Shown: one piece after another, positions 49,881-60,006 of the stretch
How the letters are laid out: every line of letters starts with the position of its first letter
How positions within the stretch are numbered: the first letter of the stretch is position 1
Assembly: GCA_004213965.1 (NCBI GenBank)
Contig: SGZI01000001.1
Location: forward strand, 7,763 to 71,762
Direction of reading: 5' to 3'
From: Flavobacteriales bacterium
GTDB taxonomy: Bacteria; Bacteroidota; Bacteroidia; Flavobacteriales; Flavobacteriaceae
Length of the DNA stretch: 64,000 nucleotides
The notes under the pieces: generated by a model
Seen by the model: only the letters and a program-made list of their open reading frames with translations
Databases searched by the model: none
What the model was told of the DNA's origin: nothing
Translations under genes and position numbers: made by a program

Positions 49881-52331
49881 TTGAATAAAACTAAATTAAC
49901 AATATTAGTGTTATCATTATTTTCATTAATTCAGTCATTTGCTCAAAATGCTGAGATTTTAGGAGTAATACTGGATAAGAATAATAATCCAATTGAAAAT
50001 ATAAATGTTATTTCAAATTTATCTGGAACCACTACAAATTCTAATGGATTTTATTCTATAAAAGTAACTTCAAATCAAGATGTTAATATTGAATTTACCC
50101 ATATTAATTATAAAAAAATTAGTTTAAAATTTAATTTAAATGATGATGAGATATTTGAATTTAATCCTATAATGGATGAGAGTATTGAACAGATTGCTAC
50201 AATAGTTCTTAATTCTAGGTCTCGAGACAATTTTAGTGGTGTTTCAAATATTAATCCTGAAGTTATACGAAAAATACGAGGAGCTCAACCAGGAGTTGAA
50301 AATTTATTAAAAACTCTTCCTGGGGTAAGTATATCAAATGAACTTAGTACGCAGTACTCGGTTAGAGGAGGGAATTTTGATGAAAACCTTGTTTATGTGA
50401 ATGATGTAGAGGTTTATAGACCTTTCTTAGTTAGGTCTGGCCAACAAGAAGGTCTGAGTTTTGTTAATACTGATCTGATAAAATCTGTAAAGTTTTCTTC
50501 AGGCGGATTTCAATCTAAGTATGGAGATAAGATGTCCTCTGTCTTAGATATTAAGTATAGAAAACCTGTAGAAAACAAATTATCAAGTAATTTAAATCTA
50601 TTAGGGAGTAGTATTTCTTCTGATTTTATATCTGATAATTCTAAAATTTCTAATATTCTAGGTTTTAGATATAGAGATAATAGCCTTTTAGTTCAGTCTA
50701 GAGAAACCAAGACTAATTATAAGCCTAGTTTTATTGATTTTCAAAATCTGTTTACTTACACAATATCAGATAAAATTGAATTAAGTTTTCTATCAAATAT
50801 CTCCATTAACGATTATAATTATAAACCTAAAACAAGACAAACAAATTTTGGCACACTAGAAGACCCTACAGCATTAATAGTTTATTATAATGGTCAAGAG
50901 AAAGACAAGTATAAAACATTTTTCTCTTCACTTACAGCTAAAATTAACTTAAAAAAGAATTTAATTTTAAAGGTGATTGCATCTACTTTTAATACAGTAG
51001 AAAAAGAATATTTTGACATTCTAGCTCAATATAATTTAGGAGAAGTTAATAGTAGTATTGGTGATGAAAATTTAGGAGAAGTTGAATTCAGTGAAGGTAT
51101 TGGAGCTCAATTAAATCATGCTAGAAACAGCTTAGATGCATTAATTTTTAATATTGAAAACAAATTATATTATAAAGTTGATAATAATAATTTTGAATTC
51201 TCTGTTAAATATTCATCAGAAAATATTGATGATAGAATCATTGAGTGGGAAATAATTGATTCTGCTGGATTTTCAATAGATCCCCCATTTATTAACTCAA
51301 TAAGCCAACAACCTTATGAATCAAACCAGGGTCCAATTCTTCCATTTAGTGATATAAGGTCAACTAGTAACACTACAATCAAAAGGCTTCAGTCATACCT
51401 TCAATGGAGTAAGATTTCAAACAGTAGTTTAGGAGAATTCTATTATAATGCAGGGTTGAGATTACATGGATGGAAAATAAATGAAAATAAGCTAAACACT
51501 GTTATCAGTCCTAGAGCACAATTTGCAATAAAACCAAACTGGGAAAAAGATATGTTATTTAGGTTCAGTACGGGTATTTATTATCAACCTCCATTTTACA
51601 GGGAATTAAGAGGTTTTGATGGTTATGTTAATTATGATGTAAAAGCTCAAAAATCTATTCATTTTGTATTATCTAATGATTATTCTTTTGAGTTATGGAA
51701 TAGACCTTTTAAATTATTGTCTGAGTTATATTATAAAAAGATGGATGATGTCAATACTTACACAATTGATAATGTAAGGATAAGATATTCTGCAGAAAAC
51801 AATGCAAAAGCATATGCATATGGATTAGATTTAAGACTAAATGGAGAGTTTGTTCCTGGAACTGAGTCATGGTTTAGTTTAGGATATCTAAAAACCGAAG
51901 AAAATATAAACGACCAAGGATATATAGCTAGACCGACAGATCAAAGATTAAAATTTGGGATACTTTTCCAAGATTATGTTCCAAATATTCCTGATTTAAA
52001 AATGTATCTAAACTTGATATACAATACTGGTGTTCCAGGTGGAGCTCCAAGTTATTCCAATCCATACAATTATTTAAATAGACTACCTGATTATAAAAGG
52101 GCAGATTTAGGTGTTTCATATATAATAGTTGGAAATGAAAAAAAATACAAAGATGGGTTTAGAAGCTTATTTGAAGAATTTACTGTTGGATTAGAAATAT
52201 TTAATATGTTTAATGTTCAAAACTCTATTACTAATACCTGGGTTAGAGATGTTTATTCTAAAAGACAATTCTCTATTCCAAACTATCTTACTCCAAGAAT
52301 ATTTAATCTTAATTTAGAATTTAAATTTTAA
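49881..52331 (+). CDS. TonB-dependent-receptor-like outer-membrane protein with N-terminal carboxypeptidase-regulatory-like domain
   Basis: 816 aa with a signal peptide. It has a CarboxypepD_reg-like segment (GVILDKNNNPIENINV...NGFYSI), a plug-like LPGVSISNE...VRGGNFDENLVYVNDVEV, and a beta-barrel ending in an aromatic residue. The start is TTG, 2 nt after the M23 stop. Confidence 0.7.
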   Translation: MNKTKLTILVLSLFSLIQSFAQNAEILGVILDKNNNPIENINVISNLSGTTTNSNGFYSIKVTSNQDVNIEFTHINYKKISLKFNLNDDEIFEFNPIMDESIEQIATIVLNSRSRDNFSGVSNINPEVIRKIRGAQPGVENLLKTLPGVSISNELSTQYSVRGGNFDENLVYVNDVEVYRPFLVRSGQQEGLSFVNTDLIKSVKFSSGGFQSKYGDKMSSVLDIKYRKPVENKLSSNLNLLGSSISSDFISDNSKISNILGFRYRDNSLLVQSRETKTNYKPSFIDFQNLFTYTISDKIELSFLSNISINDYNYKPKTRQTNFGTLEDPTALIVYYNGQEKDKYKTFFSSLTAKINLKKNLILKVIASTFNTVEKEYFDILAQYNLGEVNSSIGDENLGEVEFSEGIGAQLNHARNSLDALIFNIENKLYYKVDNNNFEFSVKYSSENIDDRIIEWEIIDSAGFSIDPPFINSISQQPYESNQGPILPFSDIRSTSNTTIKRLQSYLQWSKISNSSLGEFYYNAGLRLHGWKINENKLNTVISPRAQFAIKPNWEKDMLFRFSTGIYYQPPFYRELRGFDGYVNYDVKAQKSIHFVLSNDYSFELWNRPFKLLSELYYKKMDDVNTYTIDNVRIRYSAENNAKAYAYGLDLRLNGEFVPGTESWFSLGYLKTEENINDQGYIARPTDQRLKFGILFQDYVPNIPDLKMYLNLIYNTGVPGGAPSYSNPYNYLNRLPDYKRADLGVSYIIVGNEKKYKDGFRSLFEEFTVGLEIFNMFNVQNSITNTWVRDVYSKRQFSIPNYLTPRIFNLNLEFKF

Positions 52332-53494
52332 CCCAAAAGTTTAACTACCTCATCGACAACTCTATCTATTTCTTCTTTTGTATTGTATATACTTAATGAA
52401 AATCTTACTGAAACCTTATTGAGCCCATCATTGTCTAATACTTCATTTAACACATGTGATCCTGCATCACTCCCACTCTGACATGCACTGCCTTTAGAAC
52501 ATGCTATTCCTAATAGATCTAGCTTAAATAAAAACATTTCAGCTTTAGCTTTTTCTAAAGGAAACTGTACATTTAAAAGAGTATATGTAGATTTTTTAAT
52601 GTCTCCAGAATAACCATTAAATTTTATATTTTTAATAGAAGTTTTTAATCTATTAATAAAGTGCTCTTTAAGGTTGTATATATACTTATATTCTTCATCT
52701 ATTTTCTCGATAGAAATATTTAGAGCCTCTGACATACCCACAATATTATGAACACTTTCTGTCCCTGCTCTGTAACCTCTTTCCTGCATCCCTCCAAAAA
52801 TTAAAGGCCTTATAGGGCAATTCTTATTTATATAAGCAAATCCAACCCCTTTTGGTCCATGAAATTTATGTGCGCTAGCTACGATAAAATCGATTTTAGT
52901 TTTTGAAAGATCCATCTTATAATGTCCCACAGACTGAACTGTATCGCTGTGAAACAATGCGTTATGTTTAGAGCATATTTTTGAAACTTTTTCTAAGTCA
53001 AGCATATTACCGATTTCATTATTGACATGCATTAAGCTAACCATACACCTGTCTTTAGAGTTAGATAATAATTCACTAAGATTATCATAGTCTATCCCCC
53101 CATTATTATCAAGTTTTACATATGAAATCTTAGCATTATAATCTTTTTCTAATTCCTCAAGCGTGTGTGTTACAGCATGATGTTCAATTTTAGATGAAAT
53201 AAAGTGCTTTATTTTCATATCTCTAGCTACACTTCTAAGAATTAAATTATCAGCTTCTGTTCCTCCAGAAGTAAATATAATTTCAGAAGAACTTACATTT
53301 AAATGTGCTGCAATCTCTTTTCTAGATACCTCAATTAAAGATTTAGAAGGTCTACCATAACTATGTGTAGATGAAGGGTTTCCGTAGTTATTTTTTAACA
53401 CATCAACTATTTTTTCAGCAACCTCATCTCTTACTCTTGTGGTTGCAGCATTATCAAAATAACATTGATAGGAAGTATTAGAAAATTTATTCAT
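52328..53494 (-). CDS. Cysteine desulfurase family protein (NifS/IscS-like, class V aminotransferase)
   Basis: 388 aa. It has a SAHKFHGPKG PLP-lysine and a GSACQSG active-site Cys loop. The 3' end overlaps the receptor gene by 4 nt. Confidence 0.85.
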   Translation of the reverse strand: MNKFSNTSYQCYFDNAATTRVRDEVAEKIVDVLKNNYGNPSSTHSYGRPSKSLIEVSRKEIAAHLNVSSSEIIFTSGGTEADNLILRSVARDMKIKHFISSKIEHHAVTHTLEELEKDYNAKISYVKLDNNGGIDYDNLSELLSNSKDRCMVSLMHVNNEIGNMLDLEKVSKICSKHNALFHSDTVQSVGHYKMDLSKTKIDFIVASAHKFHGPKGVGFAYINKNCPIRPLIFGGMQERGYRAGTESVHNIVGMSEALNISIEKIDEEYKYIYNLKEHFINRLKTSIKNIKFNGYSGDIKKSTYTLLNVQFPLEKAKAEMFLFKLDLLGIACSKGSACQSGSDAGSHVLNEVLDNDGLNKVSVRFSLSIYNTKEEIDRVVDEVVKLLG

Positions 53495-53560
53495 AAAAAG
53501 TTAGTTAGTTAAATCTATAAAATATTTTAAAATAAATACTTAGTTAATATAAATAAAAAA

Positions 53561-56062
53561 TTAGCTGCCTTTCATAGCTTCATTAATCTTCATAGCTTCA
53601 TCAATCATTGTAATACAATAATTTAAATGACTCTTAATTCTTTTATCAGAATACCTCTTAACCGCCTTTTTTAAATCTTTCTTTAGATCTAAAAGAGCGC
53701 CCATTGTAATTGATCTAACATCAGACACGTCTACTTTAATTGTGGTAATATAATCACCCCACCCTGGTCTTGAAGACTGTTCATTTTTCATAATATACCC
53801 TAACCTTGAAATATAGCTTCTTTGCAAGTTTCTTCTATAAACATCTATAGATTTATTGTTTTTTAACTCTGACCATATTCCATCCTTTAAATCACTCATC
53901 ATTTCAGTTAACGAATAAGAATTTGATCCATTTAAAGCTTCATTTTCAATTATTCTTGCCATTCTTCCAAAATCAAGAACCCTATTTAAATAACTTGACT
54001 GCATCGATCTAATTCTATTTGTAGTTCCTGCATATTCAATTTTATTTAAAATATCTTTATTAATCATCCAGTAAGGAGTTTCAAATAAATGCTGATTCAA
54101 AAAAGCTACACAAGCCTTTTGATGGTTTTTATCTACATGAGTGTATACTGGTCCTTTTTGATCAGATGTTTTATAATATTGATAAACACCTCCAATATTA
54201 CTTGCAACATGCCCCATATACCTTCTAAACTGACCTAATACTTGCCCATACATGTATTCTAACTCATCATATGTTTCACCATCTTCAGTTGTCCATTCCA
54301 TAAGCTCTGGAATAATTCTCTTAAGATTTTTTATTCCATACTCACTAGCTTTAATAGCATTATCTCCTAAATCTTCAGTTTGAGAGCTAGGATCAATACC
54401 ACCGCTTGGACCAAACCTATACATCATGTCATCTTCCTTGTCAATAATCCATTTCTTTAATATATCCTTTTCTTCCTCCTCAGAAACATCAAGAATTGGT
54501 TTGTAACCCCACATAACAGAAAATTTATCGTATACTCCAACATTAGGGCTTTCCCAATGAGATGGTGTTAATGCAACTCCTTCATCTCCAGGTTGAGCTA
54601 TATAATTAAATCTAGCATAATCCATAATAGATGGTGCAGTTCCATATTTTTGGGTAAAAGTTGCTGATCTTAAAGAGTCAACTGGAAATGCACTACTACT
54701 ACCCATATTATGAGGTAAACCAAGTGTATGCCCAACCTCATGCGCACTAACAAACCTTATTAATTCACCCATTAATTCATTTTTAAATTCAATTCCTCTA
54801 GCCTCAGGATCCACTGCTGAAGTTTGCACAAAATACCAGTTTCTAAGTAATCTCATAATGTTATGATACCAATTTATATCTGATTCAATTATTTCACCAG
54901 ATCTAGGATCACTTACATGAGGACCATTAGCATTAAGAGTTGGTGAGGCTAAATATCTAACGACTGAATGTCTGATATCTTCAGGACTCCAATCAGGGTC
55001 TTCTTCTTTGCTAGGAGGATCTTTTGCTAGAATAGCATTTTTAAAACCAGCGAGCTCAAATGCTGCTTGCCAATCTTCGATTCCTTGTTTAATATATTTC
55101 CCCCACTTTTTTGGAGTTGCTCTATCAATATAATATACTATTGGTTTTTTTGGCTCAACCAATTCCCCTTTTTTAAATTTTTCAATATCTTCATCTTTTA
55201 CTTCTAATCTCCACCTATCTAAATATTTTACAGTTTCTGCTTCTTGATTATCAATTCCATAGTCTGTTTGACTAGTTGTAAACCACCCTACTCTTTCATC
55301 ATAATACCTTCTTTTCATTGGGACTTTTGACAATAAGATCATAGAATTATTTAAAAGCATAGAGATCTGACCATTTTTTGCCTCAGAAGACTTATATGTC
55401 TTTATATGCTTAACCTCAACATTTCTAGGAAAACTTCTAATAGATTCTATAAATGACAGCTTAGTGTCTAAACCTGTTATTTTATTACTCTTTCGTCTTG
55501 ATTGTGGATAACCAAATGATTTTATATCCTTTTTATAGAGGTCTGTAACATCAATAACCACAGAGTTTTTATCTTTATTTTCAACTTCAATTTTAAAACT
55601 AGCAATTATAGGTTCAAAATTAGCATTTGAAACTGCCTCTTTTATTGGTAGTGAATCAGAAGCGTAATTTGAATATGAAATTTCTTTTAACAAGATGTGA
55701 TTATCAAATTTTTGCCAACTTAAAACTTGCTCACTCATTTTATGCTGGTATAGAGGAATTTCTTTAGACATATTAACTATTCTTGTCACCATTAACATAT
55801 CCCTACCTAATAGACTATCGTTTATTTCATAGTAATATTTATCCTCGAACTTGTGAACATCAAATAAACCAGCATCAGTTATGGTTTTGTCATTAACAAT
55901 GTCAGAATAAGTTTTTTCCTTTTTTTTCTTATCAGGTTTTTCAGATTTTTCTTCTTTAGCATCTTCAACCTTTTCATCTGTTTCTTGTGAATATGAAGTA
56001 AAGTTAAATAAGATTGAAATAAAAAAAACAGTTAAGAATTTTGTATAATTATAAGTTTTCAT
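53561..56062 (-). CDS. Secreted zinc-dependent metalloprotease (HExxHxxGxxH, DUF5117/5118-type)
   Basis: 833 aa with a signal peptide and a K/E-rich linker. It has an AHEVGHTLGLPHN metzincin-like zinc site. Confidence 0.8.
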   Translation of the reverse strand: MKTYNYTKFLTVFFISILFNFTSYSQETDEKVEDAKEEKSEKPDKKKKEKTYSDIVNDKTITDAGLFDVHKFEDKYYYEINDSLLGRDMLMVTRIVNMSKEIPLYQHKMSEQVLSWQKFDNHILLKEISYSNYASDSLPIKEAVSNANFEPIIASFKIEVENKDKNSVVIDVTDLYKKDIKSFGYPQSRRKSNKITGLDTKLSFIESIRSFPRNVEVKHIKTYKSSEAKNGQISMLLNNSMILLSKVPMKRRYYDERVGWFTTSQTDYGIDNQEAETVKYLDRWRLEVKDEDIEKFKKGELVEPKKPIVYYIDRATPKKWGKYIKQGIEDWQAAFELAGFKNAILAKDPPSKEEDPDWSPEDIRHSVVRYLASPTLNANGPHVSDPRSGEIIESDINWYHNIMRLLRNWYFVQTSAVDPEARGIEFKNELMGELIRFVSAHEVGHTLGLPHNMGSSSAFPVDSLRSATFTQKYGTAPSIMDYARFNYIAQPGDEGVALTPSHWESPNVGVYDKFSVMWGYKPILDVSEEEEKDILKKWIIDKEDDMMYRFGPSGGIDPSSQTEDLGDNAIKASEYGIKNLKRIIPELMEWTTEDGETYDELEYMYGQVLGQFRRYMGHVASNIGGVYQYYKTSDQKGPVYTHVDKNHQKACVAFLNQHLFETPYWMINKDILNKIEYAGTTNRIRSMQSSYLNRVLDFGRMARIIENEALNGSNSYSLTEMMSDLKDGIWSELKNNKSIDVYRRNLQRSYISRLGYIMKNEQSSRPGWGDYITTIKVDVSDVRSITMGALLDLKKDLKKAVKRYSDKRIKSHLNYCITMIDEAMKINEAMKGS

Positions 56063-56091
56063 AATAAAATATATTTTTTAGTAACTAAAAG

Positions 56092-57324
56092 CTATTTATC
56101 GAACTCCTTAAGAGTAGTTGTAATAATTTTCACACACTCTCCTAATTCTTCATCATTAATAATCAACGGCGGTGCAAATCTAATTATATTTCCATGTGTA
56201 GGTTTTGCAAGCAACCCTTTCTCTGCCATTGACATGCAAATATTCCAAGCAGTATCTCCATCTTCGGCATCATTAATAACAATTGCATTTAGCAAACCTT
56301 TTCCTCTAACGAGCTTGGCAATAGTAGAGGTTTTAATAAAGCTATTGATTTCCCTTCTAAAAACCTTCCCTAGTCTTTCAGCATTATCAATCATATTTTC
56401 ATTTACTATAACCTCTAATGCAGCTATTGCAACCTCACAAGCTATTGGATTTCCTCCAAAAGTAGAACCATGCTCTCCAGGCTTAATTGTTAGCATTACC
56501 TCATCAGAAGAAAGTACTGCAGAAACAGGAAAGACTCCTCCAGAAAGAGCTTTTCCAAGAATAAGTATGTCTGGTTTAAAATCATAATGGTCACAGCATA
56601 ACATTTTACCAGTTCTTCCAATACCTGTTTGAACTTCATCCGCAATAAATAAAACATTAGATTTTTTACACAAATTATAAGCTTTAAGCAAATAATCTTC
56701 ATCTGGCACTACAACGCCTGCTTCCCCCTGAATAGGCTCTACCATAAAAGCAGCAACATTTGGGTCTTTTAACGCATTTTCAAGTGCAGGAATGTTATTA
56801 TATGGAATAATCTCGTAACCAGGCATAAATGGCCCAAAACCCTTTGTACTAGAAGAATCAGTTGAAGATGAGATGGCTGCCAAGGTTCTACCCCAGAAAT
56901 TACCTTCGACAAAAATTATTTTAGCCTTGTTTACAGGCACCTTTTTTACCTCATACGCCCATTTTCTTGCTAATTTAACTGCTGTCTCCCCGCCTTCAAC
57001 ACCGGTATTCATAGGTAAAACTTTATCATAGCCAAATAAATTGGTAATATATTCTTCATATTTCCACAAGATATTGTTATGAAAAGCTCTTGAAGTTAAT
57101 GTCAATTTTTTCGATTGTTCAATTAAAGCATTAACAATCTTAGGATGGCAATGTCCTTGATTTACAGCTGAATAGGCAGATAAAAAATCAAAATACTTTT
57201 TTCCCTCAACATCCCATACAAATACACCTTTTCCTTCTTTTAGAACTACAGGTAGTGGATGATAGTTATGTGCTCCGAATTTATATTCTAAATCAATAAT
57301 GTTTTGCGAGCTTAATTTATTCAT
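56092..57324 (-). CDS. rocD: Ornithine--oxo-acid aminotransferase
   Basis: 410 aa, class III aminotransferase. Motifs are [19 protein letters not shown] and STFGGNP. Length and N-terminus are typical of RocD. Confidence 0.85.
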   Translation of the reverse strand: MNKLSSQNIIDLEYKFGAHNYHPLPVVLKEGKGVFVWDVEGKKYFDFLSAYSAVNQGHCHPKIVNALIEQSKKLTLTSRAFHNNILWKYEEYITNLFGYDKVLPMNTGVEGGETAVKLARKWAYEVKKVPVNKAKIIFVEGNFWGRTLAAISSSTDSSSTKGFGPFMPGYEIIPYNNIPALENALKDPNVAAFMVEPIQGEAGVVVPDEDYLLKAYNLCKKSNVLFIADEVQTGIGRTGKMLCCDHYDFKPDILILGKALSGGVFPVSAVLSSDEVMLTIKPGEHGSTFGGNPIACEVAIAALEVIVNENMIDNAERLGKVFRREINSFIKTSTIAKLVRGKGLLNAIVINDAEDGDTAWNICMSMAEKGLLAKPTHGNIIRFAPPLIINDEELGECVKIITTTLKEFDK

Positions 57325-57407
57325 TATATAAATTATAGTTTTAAATTAGCGCAAATTAACAAATTTCATTTAATAAGTTATTTAACTTTTTTGAAAATCA
57401 AGTACAA

Positions 57408-58817
57408 ATGAGAAACAAGAAACCGTTAAAAATATTTTCAGAGATTAAAGTAATAGACGCTGGAGCTAAAGGCAAAAGCGTGGGCAAAGCGCCTGATGGA
57501 AGAATTATCTTTATGAAAGAAGCTATCCCGGGAGATGTAGTCGATGTACAAGTTAAAAAAAGACGTAAGTCTTATTATGAAGGAAAAGTTATTTCAATAA
57601 TTAAAGAATCTGATTTCAGAATTGATCCAAAGTGTAGTCATTTTCAAATATGTGGAGGATGTAGTTGGCAAAACATGGAATATGTTAAACAATTAGATTA
57701 TAAGCAAAAGGAAGTTCAAAACAATTTACACAGAATAGGAAGCATAAAACCTAATAAAATTCTACCAATTAAGAAATCTAAAAAAGAATTTTTTTATAGA
57801 AATAAATTAGAATTTTCCTTTAGTAACTCGAAGTGGCTAACAACTAAGGAGATTCAGTCAAAAGATATATATTCTGATAAAGACGCATTAGGGTTTCATG
57901 TACCTGGCATGTGGAATAAAGTAGTTGATATTGACAAGTGTTGGTTGCAAAAAAATCCATCTAATAGAATAAGGAATTTCATAAAAGAATCTACAAAAAC
58001 TCTGGGGCTTTCCTTCTTTGACTATAAGACAACCAGTGGAAATTTAAGGTCAATGATGATAAGAACATCTTCAACTGGAGAAATTATGGTTTTAATTCAG
58101 TTTTATAACAAACCTAAGTTAATGGAAGAATTCTTAAATAGTATTCTCAATGAATTTCCTAATATTAGTTCGTTATTATATGTGGTAAATAAAAAAGCTA
58201 ATGACACATTATATGATCAGAAAGTAGTGTGCTATTACGGGAATGATCACATATATGAAAAAATTGATAATTTAAAGTTTAAGATAAATGCCAAGTCTTT
58301 TTATCAAACAAATTCAGACCAAACAAAAGAACTATATAAGATTGTTAAGAAGTTTGCTGACGTCAAATCTAACGAGATTGTATACGACTTATATTCTGGA
58401 ATTGGTACAATTTCAATATTCATCTCTGAACATGCAAAAAAAGTTATTGGAATTGAATGTGTTAATGATGCTGTTAAAGCAGCAGAAGAAAACAAAAAGC
58501 TGAACTCAATAAAAAATGTAACTTTTTTCTGTGGAGAAATACGGAAAGTTCTAAATAATGATTTTTTAGAAGAGAACGGAACTCCTGATACGATAATTGT
58601 TGATCCTCCAAGGTCAGGGATGCACAAGAAGGTAGTTGATAAACTTTTAGCTATTTGCCCTAAAAAAATTGTATATGTGAGTTGCAATAGTGCAACTCAA
58701 GCTAGAGACCTTGAGTTGTTGAGCAAATCATATAAAGCAATTTATTCTCAAGCTATTGATATGTTTCCTCAGACCTATCATGTTGAAAATGTTGTACTTT
58801 TGGAAAAAATAAATTAA
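57408..58817 (+). CDS. rlmD: 23S rRNA (uracil1939-C5)-methyltransferase RlmD (RumA)
   Basis: 469 aa. It has a TRAM domain, Fe-S cysteines CSHFQICGGCSWQ, a SAM motif DLYSGIGT, DPPRSG and YVSCN. Confidence 0.9.
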   Translation: MRNKKPLKIFSEIKVIDAGAKGKSVGKAPDGRIIFMKEAIPGDVVDVQVKKRRKSYYEGKVISIIKESDFRIDPKCSHFQICGGCSWQNMEYVKQLDYKQKEVQNNLHRIGSIKPNKILPIKKSKKEFFYRNKLEFSFSNSKWLTTKEIQSKDIYSDKDALGFHVPGMWNKVVDIDKCWLQKNPSNRIRNFIKESTKTLGLSFFDYKTTSGNLRSMMIRTSSTGEIMVLIQFYNKPKLMEEFLNSILNEFPNISSLLYVVNKKANDTLYDQKVVCYYGNDHIYEKIDNLKFKINAKSFYQTNSDQTKELYKIVKKFADVKSNEIVYDLYSGIGTISIFISEHAKKVIGIECVNDAVKAAEENKKLNSIKNVTFFCGEIRKVLNNDFLEENGTPDTIIVDPPRSGMHKKVVDKLLAICPKKIVYVSCNSATQARDLELLSKSYKAIYSQAIDMFPQTYHVENVVLLEKIN

Positions 58818-59332
58818 TGAATAGCTATAGATTCTTGTTATTAATAATTTTTATTACCTCATGTGAAAAGGATGATATATGCCCTGAATCAACACAAACC
58901 ACGCCTCAGTTGATAATTACGTTTTATGATGCTACAGCAGTTGAACAAAGCAAAACAGTTGAATCATTAGCAGTATATGCTGAAAAAAACTCAGAGTTAA
59001 TACTAATTGAAAATATTAATGGCATAAATACTGATTCAATTGCAATTCCATTAAGAAATGATATAGGTTTGTCAAATTTTAAGTTTATTAAAAACTATTC
59101 GATTGAAAATGATGTAATATTTGGAGATTCGAATCATATATATATAGATTATGAAATAAATGATGTATTTGTCTCTAGAGCTTGTGGCTTTATTGCCAAC
59201 TACTCCATCACAACACTGCTAAATTATGACACACTAGCTGACCCACCAATTACAGGATGGATCACTGGATATGAAATTGTTAACTCAACAGTAACTAATG
59301 AAAACCAATCACATGTTAAAATATTACATTAG
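58817..59332 (+). CDS. Hypothetical lipoprotein
   Basis: 171 aa with a lipobox (FITSCEKDD). The start overlaps the rlmD stop (TAATG). I recognise no functional motif. Confidence 0.6.
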   Translation: MNSYRFLLLIIFITSCEKDDICPESTQTTPQLIITFYDATAVEQSKTVESLAVYAEKNSELILIENINGINTDSIAIPLRNDIGLSNFKFIKNYSIENDVIFGDSNHIYIDYEINDVFVSRACGFIANYSITTLLNYDTLADPPITGWITGYEIVNSTVTNENQSHVKILH

Positions 59333-60002
59333 TATAATACTGGCTTTTAATTTCTTCATAAGTTCATTTTCTCAGACAGAAACTGATTCAATAAGTATAA
59401 AAAATAAATTTGGCTTAAGAGCCGGGGTTGATTTAAGTAAAATTTTAAACTCAGCTTTTAATGATGATTACGAAGGTTTTGAAATAAATGCTGATTTAAG
59501 AATATTAAAAAACATATACATTTCTGCTGAAATTGGCACTGAAAAAAAAATCATATCTAATGATTACCTGAACACTGAAGCTAAAGGAAATTATTTAAAA
59601 GCTGGCGGAGACTATAATATGTATACTAACTGGCTTGGAATGGATAATTTAATCTATAGTGGATTTAGAATTGGTTTTTCAAATTTTTCTCAAACAATTA
59701 ATAGCTATACAATCTATGATATCAACAATCAACCTTGGGGACAGGCTACCTATTATAATCCTATTGTAAATGACAACCTTAATGCGTTATGGATGGAATT
59801 CATTGTTGGGATAAAAACTCAAGTTTTAAATAATTTATTCCTAGGATTTAATATCCAACTAAAGAATCTTATTTCTGATAAAACTAAGAATAACATTGAT
59901 AACATCTATATTCCAGGATTTAACCGAACTTATGATAGTTCTAGCCTAGGCTCTGGATTTAGCTATTCAATATCCTACCTTGTTCCAATTATAAAAAAAT
60001 AA
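59298..60002 (+). CDS. Hypothetical outer-membrane beta-barrel-like protein
   Basis: 234 aa with a signal peptide (second Met at 59313 gives MLKYYISIILAFNFFISSFSQ). It shows alternating hydrophobic and aromatic beta-strand patterns. It overlaps the upstream lipoprotein gene by 20-35 nt. Confidence 0.55.
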   Translation: MKTNHMLKYYISIILAFNFFISSFSQTETDSISIKNKFGLRAGVDLSKILNSAFNDDYEGFEINADLRILKNIYISAEIGTEKKIISNDYLNTEAKGNYLKAGGDYNMYTNWLGMDNLIYSGFRIGFSNFSQTINSYTIYDINNQPWGQATYYNPIVNDNLNALWMEFIVGIKTQVLNNLFLGFNIQLKNLISDKTKNNIDNIYIPGFNRTYDSSSLGSGFSYSISYLVPIIKK

Positions 60003-60006
60003 TTCT

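Noticed and set aside
58304-58687. Long antisense shadow ORFs inside well-supported genes. This 127-aa one lies in rlmD. Others are 7316-7657 in the AI-2E transporter, 14461-14739 in thiolase, 33669-33974 in ppx, 40882-41211 and 42175-42543 in lon, and 56234-56587 in rocD.
   Set aside because: All are codon-aligned antisense frames of strongly supported genes. Their translations are S/F/L/I-rich and low-complexity, as expected from the complement of AT-rich K/E/N/I codons. None has a motif, signal or independent start context.
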